DNA of 64,000 bases, from contig NZWR01000004.1 of assembly GCA_002698305.1 (NCBI GenBank), positions 4,347 through 68,346 on the forward strand, in the 5' to 3' direction. A program made the position numbers and the translations under genes. Below the pieces are notes generated by a model. It saw only the letters and a program-made list of their open reading frames with translations. It searched no databases and was not told the DNA's origin. This DNA comes from Candidatus Campbellbacteria bacterium (GTDB taxonomy: Bacteria; Patescibacteriota; Minisyncoccia; Phycocordibacterales; UBA1006). Below, in pieces: positions 1 to 9,478 of the stretch (its first letter is position 1; every line of letters begins with the position of its first letter).

Positions 1-777
1 CTCACGAAAGAAATGCTTAACAATGCGATCCTCTATGCTGTGGAAACTGATAATTACCAATTTTCCTTTTGAGTTCAGTCGTTTCATCGATGATGCAAGT
101 ATTTTTCTTAATACTTGCATTTCTTCATTTACCGCTATGCGAAGTGCCTGAAATGTTTGTGTTGCTGGGTGAATACCTTTTTTAGCAAAGCGCCGTGGTA
201 CTGCAGAGCTAATAATCGAAGCGAGCTCGGTAGTTGTTGTGATGCGTTTTTGGTCTCGTGTCTCAACAATAGCCCTCACAATTCTCCCTGTGAATCTTTC
301 TTCTCCGTAACCCTTGATAATGTCGTACAACGAGTCTTCAGACCAATCGTTAACAATTTCTTCAGCGGTGAACTGCATGTCACGTTCAGTATCGTTAAGC
401 CTCATATCAAGCGGCCCTTCATGCATAAATGAAAATCCTCTTTCTGGGTTTTCAAACTGATTACTACTCCAACCAAGGTCAAGAAGAAGCCTATCAAATG
501 ATGCTATTTTCAAATCGTCGAGGATTTTTTCAATATGCTGAGTATTATCGTGAATTAAATGGTACGGTACCTGATACTTTTCAAGGCGTGTATCTGTAAT
601 AACTAAACCTGAACTATCTTGATCAATACCGATAAAGACCCCTGAAGTATCCATACGCTGAACGATTTCTTCAGCATGACCTCCTCCGTTGACTGTTCCG
701 TCAATAATAATTTGCTGAGGCTGAATATCGAGGCCTTCAATCACTTCACTCATAAGAACTGGAATATGCTTTGACAT
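1..777 (-). CDS. rsmH: 16S rRNA (cytosine1402-N4)-methyltransferase RsmH/MraW; C-terminus runs off the window
   Basis: My own reverse translation from ATG (775-777) gives MSKHIPVLMSEVIEGL..GGGHAEEI..HPATQTFQALRIAVNEE..VIISFHSIEDRIVKHFFRE. It lies directly downstream of mraZ, as in dcw clusters. It is not in the ORF track because there is no stop in the window. Confidence 0.9.
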   Translation of the reverse strand, partial: MSKHIPVLMSEVIEGLDIQPQQIIIDGTVNGGGHAEEIVQRMDTSGVFIGIDQDSSGLVITDTRLEKYQVPYHLIHDNTQHIEKILDDLKIASFDRLLLDLGWSSNQFENPERGFSFMHEGPLDMRLNDTERDMQFTAEEIVNDWSEDSLYDIIKGYGEERFTGRIVRAIVETRDQKRITTTTELASIISSAVPRRFAKKGIHPATQTFQALRIAVNEEMQVLRKILASSMKRLNSKGKLVIISFHSIEDRIVKHFFRE

Positions 778-781
778 ACAC

Positions 782-1216
782 CTATATCATTCCAATATCA
801 CCAAGTTTTTCTGCCACATCATCGGCTTTTTTATCAAGTGATTTTTGGTACGCTTCCCATGACTCTTCACTCCATAGTTCAACGCGTTTGTTAACTCCAA
901 CAACCATAACTTTTGTTTGTAAATGTGCTAAGTCCTTCAAGAAATCCGGAATTAATATTCGCCCAGCTGAATCAATATCAACCTCGGCAGCCCCTCCAAG
1001 AAAATATCTTGCAAACGCTCGCGTATCACTTTTTCCCATTGATAATTCATCAAGTGATTCTGCGAATTTTTTCCATTCTTTAACTGAATATACAAAGAGA
1101 CATGAGTCTAACCCTTTTGTAATAACAACTGTCTTCCCTAATTCCTTACGGAATTTTGACGGAAGAGATAATCGTTTTTTACTATCAAGTGTATGTTTGT
1201 GTTCTCCAATTAACAT
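782..1216 (-). CDS. mraZ: Transcriptional regulator MraZ
   Basis: 144 aa, MLIGEHKHTLDSKKRLSLPSKFRKELG. Two-halved MraZ architecture, immediately upstream of rsmH. Confidence 0.9.
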   Translation of the reverse strand: MLIGEHKHTLDSKKRLSLPSKFRKELGKTVVITKGLDSCLFVYSVKEWKKFAESLDELSMGKSDTRAFARYFLGGAAEVDIDSAGRILIPDFLKDLAHLQTKVMVVGVNKRVELWSEESWEAYQKSLDKKADDVAEKLGDIGMI

Positions 1217-1418
1217 AATGGTATTAACAATCAGATCTCGCGAATATGACTATTACGGTAATCAAGCGGTAGATAACAGTGAAACAAATGAATTTATTGC
1301 TACATGAACACATTTGAGTGTTTCACCGTTATCTACCACTTCATCCCACTTATATTTTATCTCATCCCACAATAGTCTGCAAACATGAAACCTATTTCTT
1401 GGGGATAACTCTATACTC

Positions 1419-2366
1419 ATGCAGCAAATGTGGTTAAATACAGATATGACATTGCTCTCGTTATTCAAGAAAAAACCTAAAATCATTGTGATTTGTGGAC
1501 CTACCGCAACAGGAAAAACCTCACTTGCTATTGATCTTGCGCAGCAGTTTGATGGTGAAATTATCTCAGCAGATTCACGGCAGGTATACCAAGGACTTGA
1601 TATCGGCTCAGCCAAAGTTACAAAAGAAGAAATGCGGAATATTCCCCATCACATGATTGATGTGGCTGACCCGCGTAACCGCTATAGTGTTGCAGAATAC
1701 AAAGAGGAGGCTCAAAAAATTATTGATGAAATTATTAGCAACAAGAAGCTACCAATAATTTGTGGTGGTACTGGTATGTATATTGATGCCTTGGTTTTTA
1801 ACCATAGCTTTCCCGAAGTACCCGAAAATAAACCACTCCGTGCCAAGCTTGAAACCAAAAGCACTGAAGAACTTTTTACTCTCCTATTATCACGTGATTC
1901 CAGGCGCGCAAAATCAATTGATAAACACAATAAGGTCAGACTTATCAGGGCTCTTGAAATAATAGAGGCTCTTGGAAAAGTGCCGCAGCAAAAAACTCAT
2001 TCACCTTATTCTCCTCTATTCATTGGTCTTGATGTTGAAAATGATTTGTTGCATACAAGAATTAAAGAAAGAATTCTTGAGCGACTTAATAACCAGTCTA
2101 TGCTCGAAGAAGCTAAAACCCTTCACTATCAAGGAGTATCGTGGCAACGCATGGAAGAACTAGGTCTTGAGTATCGATATATGGCTCGCCACCTTCAAGG
2201 AGATATTAGTTTTCAGGATATGGTTAAGCAACTATCCATAGCAACCCGTCAGTTTGCAAAGAGACAGAGAACCTGGTTTAAACGCAATAGGAACATTCAC
2301 TGGTTTAATCCATTAATTGATAAAAACAATATTCGTAAGCTTGTCACACAATTTATAAAAAAATAA
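1419..2366 (+). CDS. miaA: tRNA dimethylallyltransferase MiaA
   Basis: P-loop IVICGPTATGKTSLAIDLA, then SADSRQVYQGLDIGSAK, and a C-terminal FAKRQRTWFKR. A TATACT box at 1412-1417 suggests the true start may be ATG 1428 or 1446. Confidence 0.9.
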   Translation: MQQMWLNTDMTLLSLFKKKPKIIVICGPTATGKTSLAIDLAQQFDGEIISADSRQVYQGLDIGSAKVTKEEMRNIPHHMIDVADPRNRYSVAEYKEEAQKIIDEIISNKKLPIICGGTGMYIDALVFNHSFPEVPENKPLRAKLETKSTEELFTLLLSRDSRRAKSIDKHNKVRLIRALEIIEALGKVPQQKTHSPYSPLFIGLDVENDLLHTRIKERILERLNNQSMLEEAKTLHYQGVSWQRMEELGLEYRYMARHLQGDISFQDMVKQLSIATRQFAKRQRTWFKRNRNIHWFNPLIDKNNIRKLVTQFIKK

Positions 2367-2385
2367 CAGCCTATATTCTAGGCTG

Positions 2386-3732
2386 TTATTTTTGAGACAA
2401 GATAAAATCACGCTCCATATCTTGCTTATTAAAACGATATCCTTCTCCTAGCATTTCAGTTACCGTCTCTGCATCTCGCATTCCGTTATACAAACACACT
2501 GAAGCTCCTGGAGAAGGCGTCATATTAAAAATGATATTATCTCCTATAATTTTTCCTTCGCCTAATTCAAGTGATTGGTTGTGAACATCAACTCTTTGAA
2601 GTCTCATACCACCAACACCTTTTCCAAGTCGTAAATCAGAAGCGGAGATTGATGGGACAATCTTTTTTACATTTTTAACAAATAATCGCTTCCCTATCCA
2701 TGGAATATCGTAACTTGCGCTCTTAAGAAAATATAAAAATCGAGTTCTATCAAACATTATTTTTGTTAACGCTTTAATAGCTTTCCATCTCCCTAAACTT
2801 GCTGATTTAAAGTAATCACCCATAGTCGACCATTTACCATCCTCAAGAACAGGATAAAATTTTGCTGTAGGTCCCCATCTTGTTGTATTGGGAACGAGAA
2901 TATCTGGATCGCCATGCACTCCCGCAAAGGGCAACTTTCTATCTTGCATTGGATACACCTTACCCTTCAATACTTCGTGGGTATAGTAAAAATTCGCACC
3001 AACAGGCACCAATGAGTATTCCTCCCCGTATCCCATTTGTTTTGCTAATAGTAAACTATATGAATCAGCGCAAACGATAACCACTTGTGCTTGAAATACA
3101 TGACTATTATTCATTTGAATATGATATGTCTCGTTATTTTTTGTTATCTTCGTCACCTCATGATTAAGAAAAACATCAGCATCTCTATTATAATTTACAG
3201 CTTCTTCAACAAAAGACTCAGACAAAGCTTGGTAATTAACCGCATGGCCGTCTGGGTTATATAAGGCTAAAATTGGTACATTAGGATTCCTATCTTTTGT
3301 AATATTGGGTTCTAAGCTTTGAATTTCATCTCTTTCTATTATTCGCTGATTTGGAAATAGTCCTTCAAACTCCTTAAAGCGTTCTTTCATCTCTTCAACC
3401 TCGCTTTTACCAACAGCCAAAGCCATTTTTTGAATCTTTTTTAGGATTGTTTCTGACTGTTGGGTGTTTAATGTTTTTAGATACTCTGGAATCATCATGG
3501 CTGCAGGCTTTACCTTCTCAGCTTTTTCTCGGGTATAGTGCATTTCAATATCTCCAACATGCAGTGACTGACTGTTATTACGTCCATGTGAATTTACTGA
3601 ACCTAGTTCACCATACTTTTCTACAAGTGCTAATGAACTAATATTAGAATACTTCGCTAAGGTATAGAGCAGAGCTGTTCCTGATGCTCCACCTCCAATG
3701 ATAAGTACATCGTATTTTTTTATTTCTTTCAT
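2386..3732 (-). CDS. FAD-dependent oxidoreductase, malate:quinone oxidoreductase (Mqo)-like
   Basis: 448 aa. N-terminal Rossmann motif YDVLIIGGGASGTALL followed by NSHGRNNSQSLHVGDIEMHYT, which resembles the Mqo motif (NAWNNAGTGHSALCELNYT). Family assignment is from memory only. Confidence 0.5.
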   Translation of the reverse strand: MKEIKKYDVLIIGGGASGTALLYTLAKYSNISSLALVEKYGELGSVNSHGRNNSQSLHVGDIEMHYTREKAEKVKPAAMMIPEYLKTLNTQQSETILKKIQKMALAVGKSEVEEMKERFKEFEGLFPNQRIIERDEIQSLEPNITKDRNPNVPILALYNPDGHAVNYQALSESFVEEAVNYNRDADVFLNHEVTKITKNNETYHIQMNNSHVFQAQVVIVCADSYSLLLAKQMGYGEEYSLVPVGANFYYTHEVLKGKVYPMQDRKLPFAGVHGDPDILVPNTTRWGPTAKFYPVLEDGKWSTMGDYFKSASLGRWKAIKALTKIMFDRTRFLYFLKSASYDIPWIGKRLFVKNVKKIVPSISASDLRLGKGVGGMRLQRVDVHNQSLELGEGKIIGDNIIFNMTPSPGASVCLYNGMRDAETVTEMLGEGYRFNKQDMERDFILSQK

Positions 3733-3847
3733 AATAATATTTGATGAATGTAACTGTCGTTACTGTATTAGATATATAACTACTCTTAGTATCATACCAT
3801 TTCCCTATTAGATATTTTTGAAATTTCATGTATATTATTTAACGACT

Positions 3848-3918
3848 GGGCGATTAGTTAAATGGTATAATAGAGGTCTCCAAAACCTTAGTTGGGAGTT
3901 CGATTCTCTCATCGCCCG
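3848..3918 (+). tRNA. tRNA-Trp (anticodon CCA)
   Basis: Hand fold: acceptor GGGCGAT/ATCGCCC, anticodon loop CTCCAAA, T-arm GGGAG-TTCGATT-CTCTC, discriminator G. No encoded CCA. Confidence 0.9.
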
Positions 3919-3925
3919 CTGCATG

Positions 3926-3955
3926 AAAAAAGTAGAGATTCTTCTCTACTTTTTT
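3926..3955 (+). terminator. Rho-independent terminator after tRNA-Trp
   Basis: Hairpin agtagaga-ttct-tctctact followed by a T-run. Confidence 0.65.
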
Positions 3956-3998
3956 CTGTGCCTGTAAGATTATAAAGGTAATCCGTCAGGTTTATGCT

Positions 3999-4034
3999 GG
4001 GAGCGTAGCGAGCGGTAATTCTCTCATCGCCCGC
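3999..4034 (+). repeat. Partial direct copy of the tRNA-Trp T-arm and 3' acceptor
   Basis: GGGAG + 14-nt insert CGTAGCGAGCGGTA + ATTCTCTCATCGCCCGC. The 17-nt 3' part is identical to 3903-3919 of tRNA-Trp. No matching 5' acceptor strand is present. Confidence 0.8.
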
Positions 4035-4041
4035 ATGATAT

Positions 4042-4075
4042 AAAAAGAAAATCCCTCTAGAGGGATTTTCTTTTT
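4042..4075. terminator. Bidirectional terminator hairpin
   Basis: gaaaatccctc-taga-gggattttc, flanked by an A-run and a T-run. Confidence 0.6.
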
Positions 4076-4085
4076 AAGAAATATA

Positions 4086-4262
4086 TTATTTCTTTTTGTG
4101 CATTTTTTTAGTTTCAGTAAATTCAACTCGCTTGCGGAGTTTTTTACTAAACTTCATTAATGAAAGCTTATCAGCATTAGCAAATTTCTTTTTGTTACGT
4201 GATGTAACTACATGCTCATCTGCCTTTTTTGAATATAGTGTTATAAGATTATCTTGTGACAT
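4086..4262 (-). CDS. Hypothetical small basic protein (58 aa)
   Basis: My own translation: MSQDNLITLYSKKADEHVVTSRNKKKFANADKLSLMKFSKKLRKRVEFTETKKMHKKK. Below the ORF-track size cutoff. Followed by the 4042-4075 terminator. No family recognised. Confidence 0.3.
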   Translation of the reverse strand: MSQDNLITLYSKKADEHVVTSRNKKKFANADKLSLMKFSKKLRKRVEFTETKKMHKKK

Positions 4263-4333
4263 AGTATTGTTCGTTATGCGATTACCTCGCTAATGTGTTC
4301 TACTTTAACTGAACTTCTAAAAAAATCAATTCA

Positions 4334-4732
4334 TTATACATCTTTGCAGCTCAAAGCTTCTCGATATACTATTTTAGTTTGGCAGGTTACCCCTGCGGCG
4401 TCAGCGCAATAATAGTGACCTTTTGAATACTCACCACAAATAAGAATCTTGTTATATGCTGGAGGATTAATATTACATGCTACAGACTTGGCTTTGGCTC
4501 GTAATTCATTTGTTAAATCAATTGTCTCGGCCTCGGTGCAGGTATTCTGAAATTGACCATTTCTAATATTCATAAAAAGAATTTCAGCTTGGATCCGTTG
4601 AATACTACTTTTAACAGCACTTTCGTTGTAAGAGCGATACATACGTAGCGATGTTGGTAACAGCGCGGCAAATAACGCGGCACCAAGAATAAATATTAAA
4701 AAATACGTAGATCCAACCCTAAAATTATTCAT
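4334..4732 (-). CDS. Type IV pilin-like paralog with a degenerate prepilin N-terminus
   Basis: 132 aa. RIQAEILFMNIRNGQFQNTCTEAE and HYYCADAAGVTC..SC align by eye with pilA (38983-39384) [22 protein letters not shown] and [14 protein letters not shown]. The N-terminus is RVGSTYFLIF instead of RGFTLIEL. Confidence 0.55.
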   Translation of the reverse strand: MNNFRVGSTYFLIFILGAALFAALLPTSLRMYRSYNESAVKSSIQRIQAEILFMNIRNGQFQNTCTEAETIDLTNELRAKAKSVACNINPPAYNKILICGEYSKGHYYCADAAGVTCQTKIVYREALSCKDV

Positions 4733-4823
4733 ACTTAAAATTATATCACTAATTTCTTAGTCACGAGTAGTCAAAATTAAATCCTATGCTATACTCTTTT
4801 TTGTTAATTTAATTAACAAATAT

Positions 4824-4906
4824 GCGTCGATGGCAGAGCGGTCAAATGCACGGGACTGTAAATCCTGCGACAATCGTCTACGGGGGTTCGAATCCCTCTC
4901 GGCGCA
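4824..4906 (+). tRNA. tRNA-Tyr (anticodon GTA), long variable arm
   Basis: Acceptor GCGTCGA/TCGGCGC, anticodon loop CTGTAAA, T-arm GGGGG-TTCGAAT-CCCTC, discriminator A. Confidence 0.9.
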
Positions 4907-4914
4907 CATATATA

Positions 4915-4946
4915 AAAATACCTCGCGAATGCGAGGTATTTTTTAT
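4915..4946. terminator. Bidirectional terminator shared by tRNA-Tyr and clpB
   Basis: aaaatacctcgc-gaat-gcgaggtatttt. Overlaps the clpB stop. Confidence 0.65.
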
Positions 4947-7627
4947 TTCTTACTTTTTGTTTTCACCTTCACGGGTGATCTCTTTCGTTTTGCCTGCTTT
5001 TTAATAACGACCTCGTCATCCTTATAATCAATAGTTATTTTACTATTTTCAGGAATTTCCTTCTTAATCATCTTCAGTGCAAGTGTGTTAAGAAGCTTGT
5101 TTTGAATGACACGCTTAAGTGGTCGCGCTCCATATTGTGGATCAAAACCAGTTTCAGCGAGATGTTTCACTAATTTTTTATTGAAACTTACAGTAATTTC
5201 TTTCTCCTTTAATCTTTCAGCTACAATAGCCAGTTCTTTCTCAACAATTTCTGCAATTACTTCTTCTGAAAGTGTATCAAAGACCACAATCTCATCTAAT
5301 CGATTAAGAAACTCTGGTCTAAAGAAATCTTTCAGTGTTTCTTTTACTTTTTTCTTGGTATCGCTGTAGGTATCAGACGCTTCGTTATTAGAGAATCCAA
5401 TTGACTGCATTTTTTGAATATGATGTGAACCAATATTTGATGTCATAATAATAATCGTATTTTTGAAATCAACTGTTCGCCCCTTTCCGTCAGTCAATCG
5501 CCCGTCATCAAGCACTTGCAAGAGCACATTAAAGACATCAGGATGAGCTTTTTCAATCTCATCAAACAGAACGACTGAATATGGTCTATGACGTACCGCT
5601 TCGGTAAAGCGTCCAGCATCTTCATGTCCAACATACCCTGGCGGTGAACCAATCAATTTTGAAACAGAATGCTTCTCCATAAACTCAGACATATCAACTC
5701 GCACTAATGCCTTTTCATCATCGAACATAAGTTCTGTAAGAGCTTTAGTAAGCTCGGTCTTCCCTACTCCTGTTGGACCAAGAAACATGAATGAACCAAT
5801 TGGTTTATTAGGATCACCAATCCCGACGCGAGAGCGACGAATGGCATGTGCTATTTTTTCAATTGCTTCATCCTGCCCCTTAACACGCTGTTTTAAATCT
5901 TCTTCCATACGCCCAAGTTTTTCTGTCTCTTCTTCGAGCATTCTATTGACCGGCACGCCCGTCCATTTTGCAACAACATGAGCGACGTCTTCATCGGTCA
6001 CTTCTTCACGAAGAATACGATTATTTTTTTGAACGCGTGATAATTTCTTAATCTCTTTTTCCAGACGTTTTTCTGTTACCGGAATAATACCGTAGACAAT
6101 TTCAGCTACTTTTCCAAGATCTGCTTCAACCTCTGCTTGCTCTGCTTCAAGTTTATATTTTTCAAGCTGCTCTTTAAGTTCAGCAATCGTTGTCAGCACT
6201 GTTTTTTCATTCTGCCATTTCAATTCAAGCTCACGTGTAGATTCACGAAGGTCGGCAATTTCCTGATCAATTTTTTGCGCCCTATCAATTGCTGACTTTT
6301 TTTCTTTTTCTATATCTTTTTGCAAGGCTTCTTTTTCAACCTCAAGCCGCATAATCTTTCGGTGTGACTCTTCAAGAGCTTGAGGTTTATTTTCTAATGA
6401 AATTTTTAATGCTGCTCCTGCTTCATCAATCAAATCAACAGCTTTATCTGGAAGATAGCGGTTAGTGATATATCGTGATGATAATGTCACAGCAGACACA
6501 ATAGCGTCATCAGTAATTTGAACACCGTGATACAGCTCATATTTTGACTTCAAGCCACGCAAGATGGCTACCGCGTCATCAATAGAAGGTTCTGCAATGG
6601 TAATTGGTTGGAAACGACGAACTAAGGCTGGATCTTTTTCAAAGTGTTTCTGGTATTCGTTAAGGGTTGTCGCCCCAATAGCTCTGAATTCACCGCGCGC
6701 AAGAGCTGGCTTCAACATGTTAGCTGCATCCATTGATCCTTCTGAAGACCCTGCGCCGATAATAGTATGAATTTCATCAATAAAGAGAATTACCTTTCCT
6801 TCAGACGCCTCAATTTCTTTCATTATTTTCTTCAGACGTTCTTCAAATTCCCCTCTGTACTTGGTCCCCGCAAGTAATAAGCCAAGATCAAGAAGAACGA
6901 GTTCTTTGTCTTTTAACGAATCAGGTACATCTCCTTTTGCCATACGCTGAGCCAAGCCTTCAACCACTGCCGTCTTCCCGGTCCCCGGTTCACCAATAAG
7001 AATTGGATTATTCTTTGTTCGACGCGACAAAATTTCAATTAAGCGCATGATTTCTTTGTCTCGGCCGATAACTGGGTCAAGTTTATCTCGCGTTGCCATT
7101 TCTGTTAGGTTACGTGAGAATTTTGAAAGATTCCGGAAAGCCTTGGTAAAACTGGTCTCCATTTGCTCTTCCATATCGCGTAAATCCTTCAGAGCTTTCT
7201 CTACCTTTGTGCGGGAAATATTAGCATCCTCTAAAAACGATTGAGCTGCATTTTCAACATCAAACAATGCCAAAAAGAGATGCTCGGTTGAAATAACCTC
7301 GTCCTTCATTTCTTTTGAAACTTTCATTGATCGTTCGATAATCTGAGCAAGATCAGGAGTTAAATACATCTGTACTGAACTATCAAGCGTATCATCAGTC
7401 TTCTCACCTTCCATATCATCAATCTCATCAACAATTCCTTCTGCGAATTCTTGTGCATTAACATCAATATTGTCGATAAGGGTGTACACCAGACTATCAT
7501 CTTGCAAGACGAGTGCTGCTAAAAGATGGATGGCATTTACATGGTTTTGACCACGCTCAATAGCCAACTCATGCGAGCGGCGGATTACTTCTTTTGCTTT
7601 TTTTGTAAAATTTTGAAATGGTGGCAT
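4943..7627 (-). CDS. clpB: ATP-dependent chaperone/disaggregase ClpB
   Basis: 894 aa. Clp N-domain, two AAA+ modules ([15 protein letters not shown]; [14 protein letters not shown]), a long coiled-coil middle domain, and [10 protein letters not shown]. Confidence 0.95.
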   Translation of the reverse strand: MPPFQNFTKKAKEVIRRSHELAIERGQNHVNAIHLLAALVLQDDSLVYTLIDNIDVNAQEFAEGIVDEIDDMEGEKTDDTLDSSVQMYLTPDLAQIIERSMKVSKEMKDEVISTEHLFLALFDVENAAQSFLEDANISRTKVEKALKDLRDMEEQMETSFTKAFRNLSKFSRNLTEMATRDKLDPVIGRDKEIMRLIEILSRRTKNNPILIGEPGTGKTAVVEGLAQRMAKGDVPDSLKDKELVLLDLGLLLAGTKYRGEFEERLKKIMKEIEASEGKVILFIDEIHTIIGAGSSEGSMDAANMLKPALARGEFRAIGATTLNEYQKHFEKDPALVRRFQPITIAEPSIDDAVAILRGLKSKYELYHGVQITDDAIVSAVTLSSRYITNRYLPDKAVDLIDEAGAALKISLENKPQALEESHRKIMRLEVEKEALQKDIEKEKKSAIDRAQKIDQEIADLRESTRELELKWQNEKTVLTTIAELKEQLEKYKLEAEQAEVEADLGKVAEIVYGIIPVTEKRLEKEIKKLSRVQKNNRILREEVTDEDVAHVVAKWTGVPVNRMLEEETEKLGRMEEDLKQRVKGQDEAIEKIAHAIRRSRVGIGDPNKPIGSFMFLGPTGVGKTELTKALTELMFDDEKALVRVDMSEFMEKHSVSKLIGSPPGYVGHEDAGRFTEAVRHRPYSVVLFDEIEKAHPDVFNVLLQVLDDGRLTDGKGRTVDFKNTIIIMTSNIGSHHIQKMQSIGFSNNEASDTYSDTKKKVKETLKDFFRPEFLNRLDEIVVFDTLSEEVIAEIVEKELAIVAERLKEKEITVSFNKKLVKHLAETGFDPQYGARPLKRVIQNKLLNTLALKMIKKEIPENSKITIDYKDDEVVIKKQAKRKRSPVKVKTKSKK

Positions 7628-7666
7628 ATCAATATTATTATAAGTGAATAATGCTTGTATACCTAA

Positions 7667-7694
7667 ATTATATACATGAGCTTATTTTTGACAA
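7667..7694 (-). promoter_or_regulatory. Candidate sigma70-type promoter for clpB
   Basis: On the minus strand: TTGTCA, 16 nt, TATAAT, about 40 nt upstream of the clpB ATG. Confidence 0.4.
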
Positions 7695-7730
7695 GTTTTT
7701 CATGTTTATGAATTTTATGTAAAAAATACC

Positions 7731-8942
7731 TTATCTATACTTTTCATGTGTATTTTTCAGTTTATTATATTCATCCACAAATATCTTAATGAACTCAGTG
7801 CACTGTTTCTTGGTACTCTCTCTACCAAGTGAAATACGCAGTGATTCAGTATTATTTTCTCGCATAGCTTTAATTACATGAGAATCTCCTTCGGTATCAG
7901 ATTTACACGCCGATTTTGCGCTTATCATAAAACCGCGTGCATCCATTCGTATTACCATTTCTTCATGTGAAATATCGGGCACTGTTATATTAAGAATATT
8001 AGGTAGTTTCGATGCTGCAGATGAATTAACAAACATATTAGGAATTACCTTTTTCAATTCTTCTTCGATATATTGAACAAGTGGCGCTAGTTTTTTTGAA
8101 AAAACTTCTCGTGATTCACGAGCTATTTCTGCTGCAGTAACAAGCCCAATAATTCCTGGTACATTTTCTGTTCCTGGTCTTAATCCGCTTTCTTGTCCTC
8201 CCCCTACGATTACAGGATTAATCATATCTCTATCTTTAATAAAAGCTGCTGCTGTTTTTTTAGGACCGTACATTTTTGATCCACTAACGATACATACGTC
8301 ACAGCCAAGCGATGGCATGCGCACATCAGCAACATACTGAAACGCTTGCACCGCATCAACATGCAAAAGTGGATACCGGGAATTAAATTCTTTTCTCTTT
8401 TTTCGTATTAACTTAGCAACTTGCCGAACATCATGAACTGTTCCTATCTCACCATTAGCATATCCAATACTAACTAAAACAGTATTTTCTTTAATGAACT
8501 TTTTTAGCTCTTCATAGTTATAATCAGCAGATACAGCAAGAGGTAATAAATCATACTCAATCTCCCCTCTCTCACCTAGCATCTTTACAGATTCAATCGT
8601 AGACGAATGGTCACCAGCTCCAATAACAATGTGTGGTTTAGTGTTTGGATTTTCTGAAATATATCTATCGATAATCCCAAGTATTATCAGATTATTTGCT
8701 TCGGTTGCTCCATCATAAAAAACAATCGTATTTGGGCGCGCGTCAATAAGGTGTGCAAAAGCTCCACGAGCCTGCTCTACATCCTTTTTAACATCTACAG
8801 CTTCTTTGTATAAGGCGCTTGGGTTATGAAAATAGCTGCTAAAGTATGGCTTCATCGCGGTTACTACCTTTTGATTGATTGGCGTGGTTGATGCGTGGTC
8901 AAAAAAGACTCTTTTTTTTCTTGTAGAAAATAATGACAACAT
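7731..8942 (-). CDS. Cysteine desulfurase / class V aminotransferase (NifS/IscS-like)
   Basis: 403 aa. HVDAVQA..IVSGSKMYGPKK (PLP-lysine region) and the active-site loop SAKSACKSD. Confidence 0.8.
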   Translation of the reverse strand: MLSLFSTRKKRVFFDHASTTPINQKVVTAMKPYFSSYFHNPSALYKEAVDVKKDVEQARGAFAHLIDARPNTIVFYDGATEANNLIILGIIDRYISENPNTKPHIVIGAGDHSSTIESVKMLGERGEIEYDLLPLAVSADYNYEELKKFIKENTVLVSIGYANGEIGTVHDVRQVAKLIRKKRKEFNSRYPLLHVDAVQAFQYVADVRMPSLGCDVCIVSGSKMYGPKKTAAAFIKDRDMINPVIVGGGQESGLRPGTENVPGIIGLVTAAEIARESREVFSKKLAPLVQYIEEELKKVIPNMFVNSSAASKLPNILNITVPDISHEEMVIRMDARGFMISAKSACKSDTEGDSHVIKAMRENNTESLRISLGRESTKKQCTEFIKIFVDEYNKLKNTHEKYR

Positions 8943-9018
8943 ATAATTATGATAGATGACGTAACAAGTAATGCAACAAGATATTGATAATTAACGTATC
9001 TGCGCTAGTATCTGATAT

Positions 9019-9474
9019 ATGGATTACACTCTTATTGCACTTTTGGCACTCTGCCTTATCACGATAATTCTTATTATTATGATTATTAAGCTACACAAAC
9101 GTCTTGTAGCTTTTACTCGCGGAAACAACGGCTCATCCCTTGAAACAGTAATCACAGAGCTTCACAATACAACCAGTAAAGTTATTAATGATAATAAAAA
9201 ACAGCAACAAGCAATTAGCTCACTAACTAAAAAATCTGAAACAAGCTTGCGGGGTTTGGGAATCATTCGCTTTAATCCGTTTAAAGAAACTGGTGGAAAT
9301 CAAAGTTTTGCTCTTGCTCTTACTAATGAACGTGGTGATGGTGTTGTTATCTCGTCACTATACGCTCGTGAGCGATTGAACGTTTTTGCAAAACCTGTCG
9401 TGCGAGGAAGTTCCGAATATACGCTCAGCAATGAAGAACAGCAAGCATTATCAGAATCACTTAACTCAAACTAA
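9019..9474 (+). CDS. DUF4446-family membrane protein
   Basis: N-terminal TM helix, then IIRFNPFKETGGNQSFALALTNERGDGVVISSLYARE, the family signature as I recall it. Confidence 0.6.
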   Translation: MDYTLIALLALCLITIILIIMIIKLHKRLVAFTRGNNGSSLETVITELHNTTSKVINDNKKQQQAISSLTKKSETSLRGLGIIRFNPFKETGGNQSFALALTNERGDGVVISSLYARERLNVFAKPVVRGSSEYTLSNEEQQALSESLNSN

Positions 9475-9478
9475 CGCT

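Noticed and set aside
771-1307. A 178-aa plus-strand ORF, together with many similar track ORFs (e.g. 1262-1615, 5106-5369, 10171-10596, 19534-19764, 36429-36743, 46842-47195, 47626-48132, 62835-63017).
   Set aside because: Each lies antisense to, or out of frame within, a strongly supported conserved gene (mraZ, clpB, infB, gyrA, pilins, comF, mscS, secA). Their translations are low-complexity, with no recognisable motifs. They are shadow ORFs.
3919-4085. An integrated mobile element next to tRNA-Trp (and likewise next to the tRNA-Ser, tRNA-UAU and ssrA partial copies).
   Set aside because: No integrase, transposase, recombinase or cargo ORF lies between or near any of the repeats, so no mobile element can be called. 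Only scar-like partial duplications are reported.
9386-9478. N-terminal extension of infB given by the track ORF start.
   Set aside because: It would overlap the DUF4446 gene by 89 nt and adds non-IF-2-like sequence. ATG 9479, right after the upstream stop, gives the expected short N-terminus before the G-domain.
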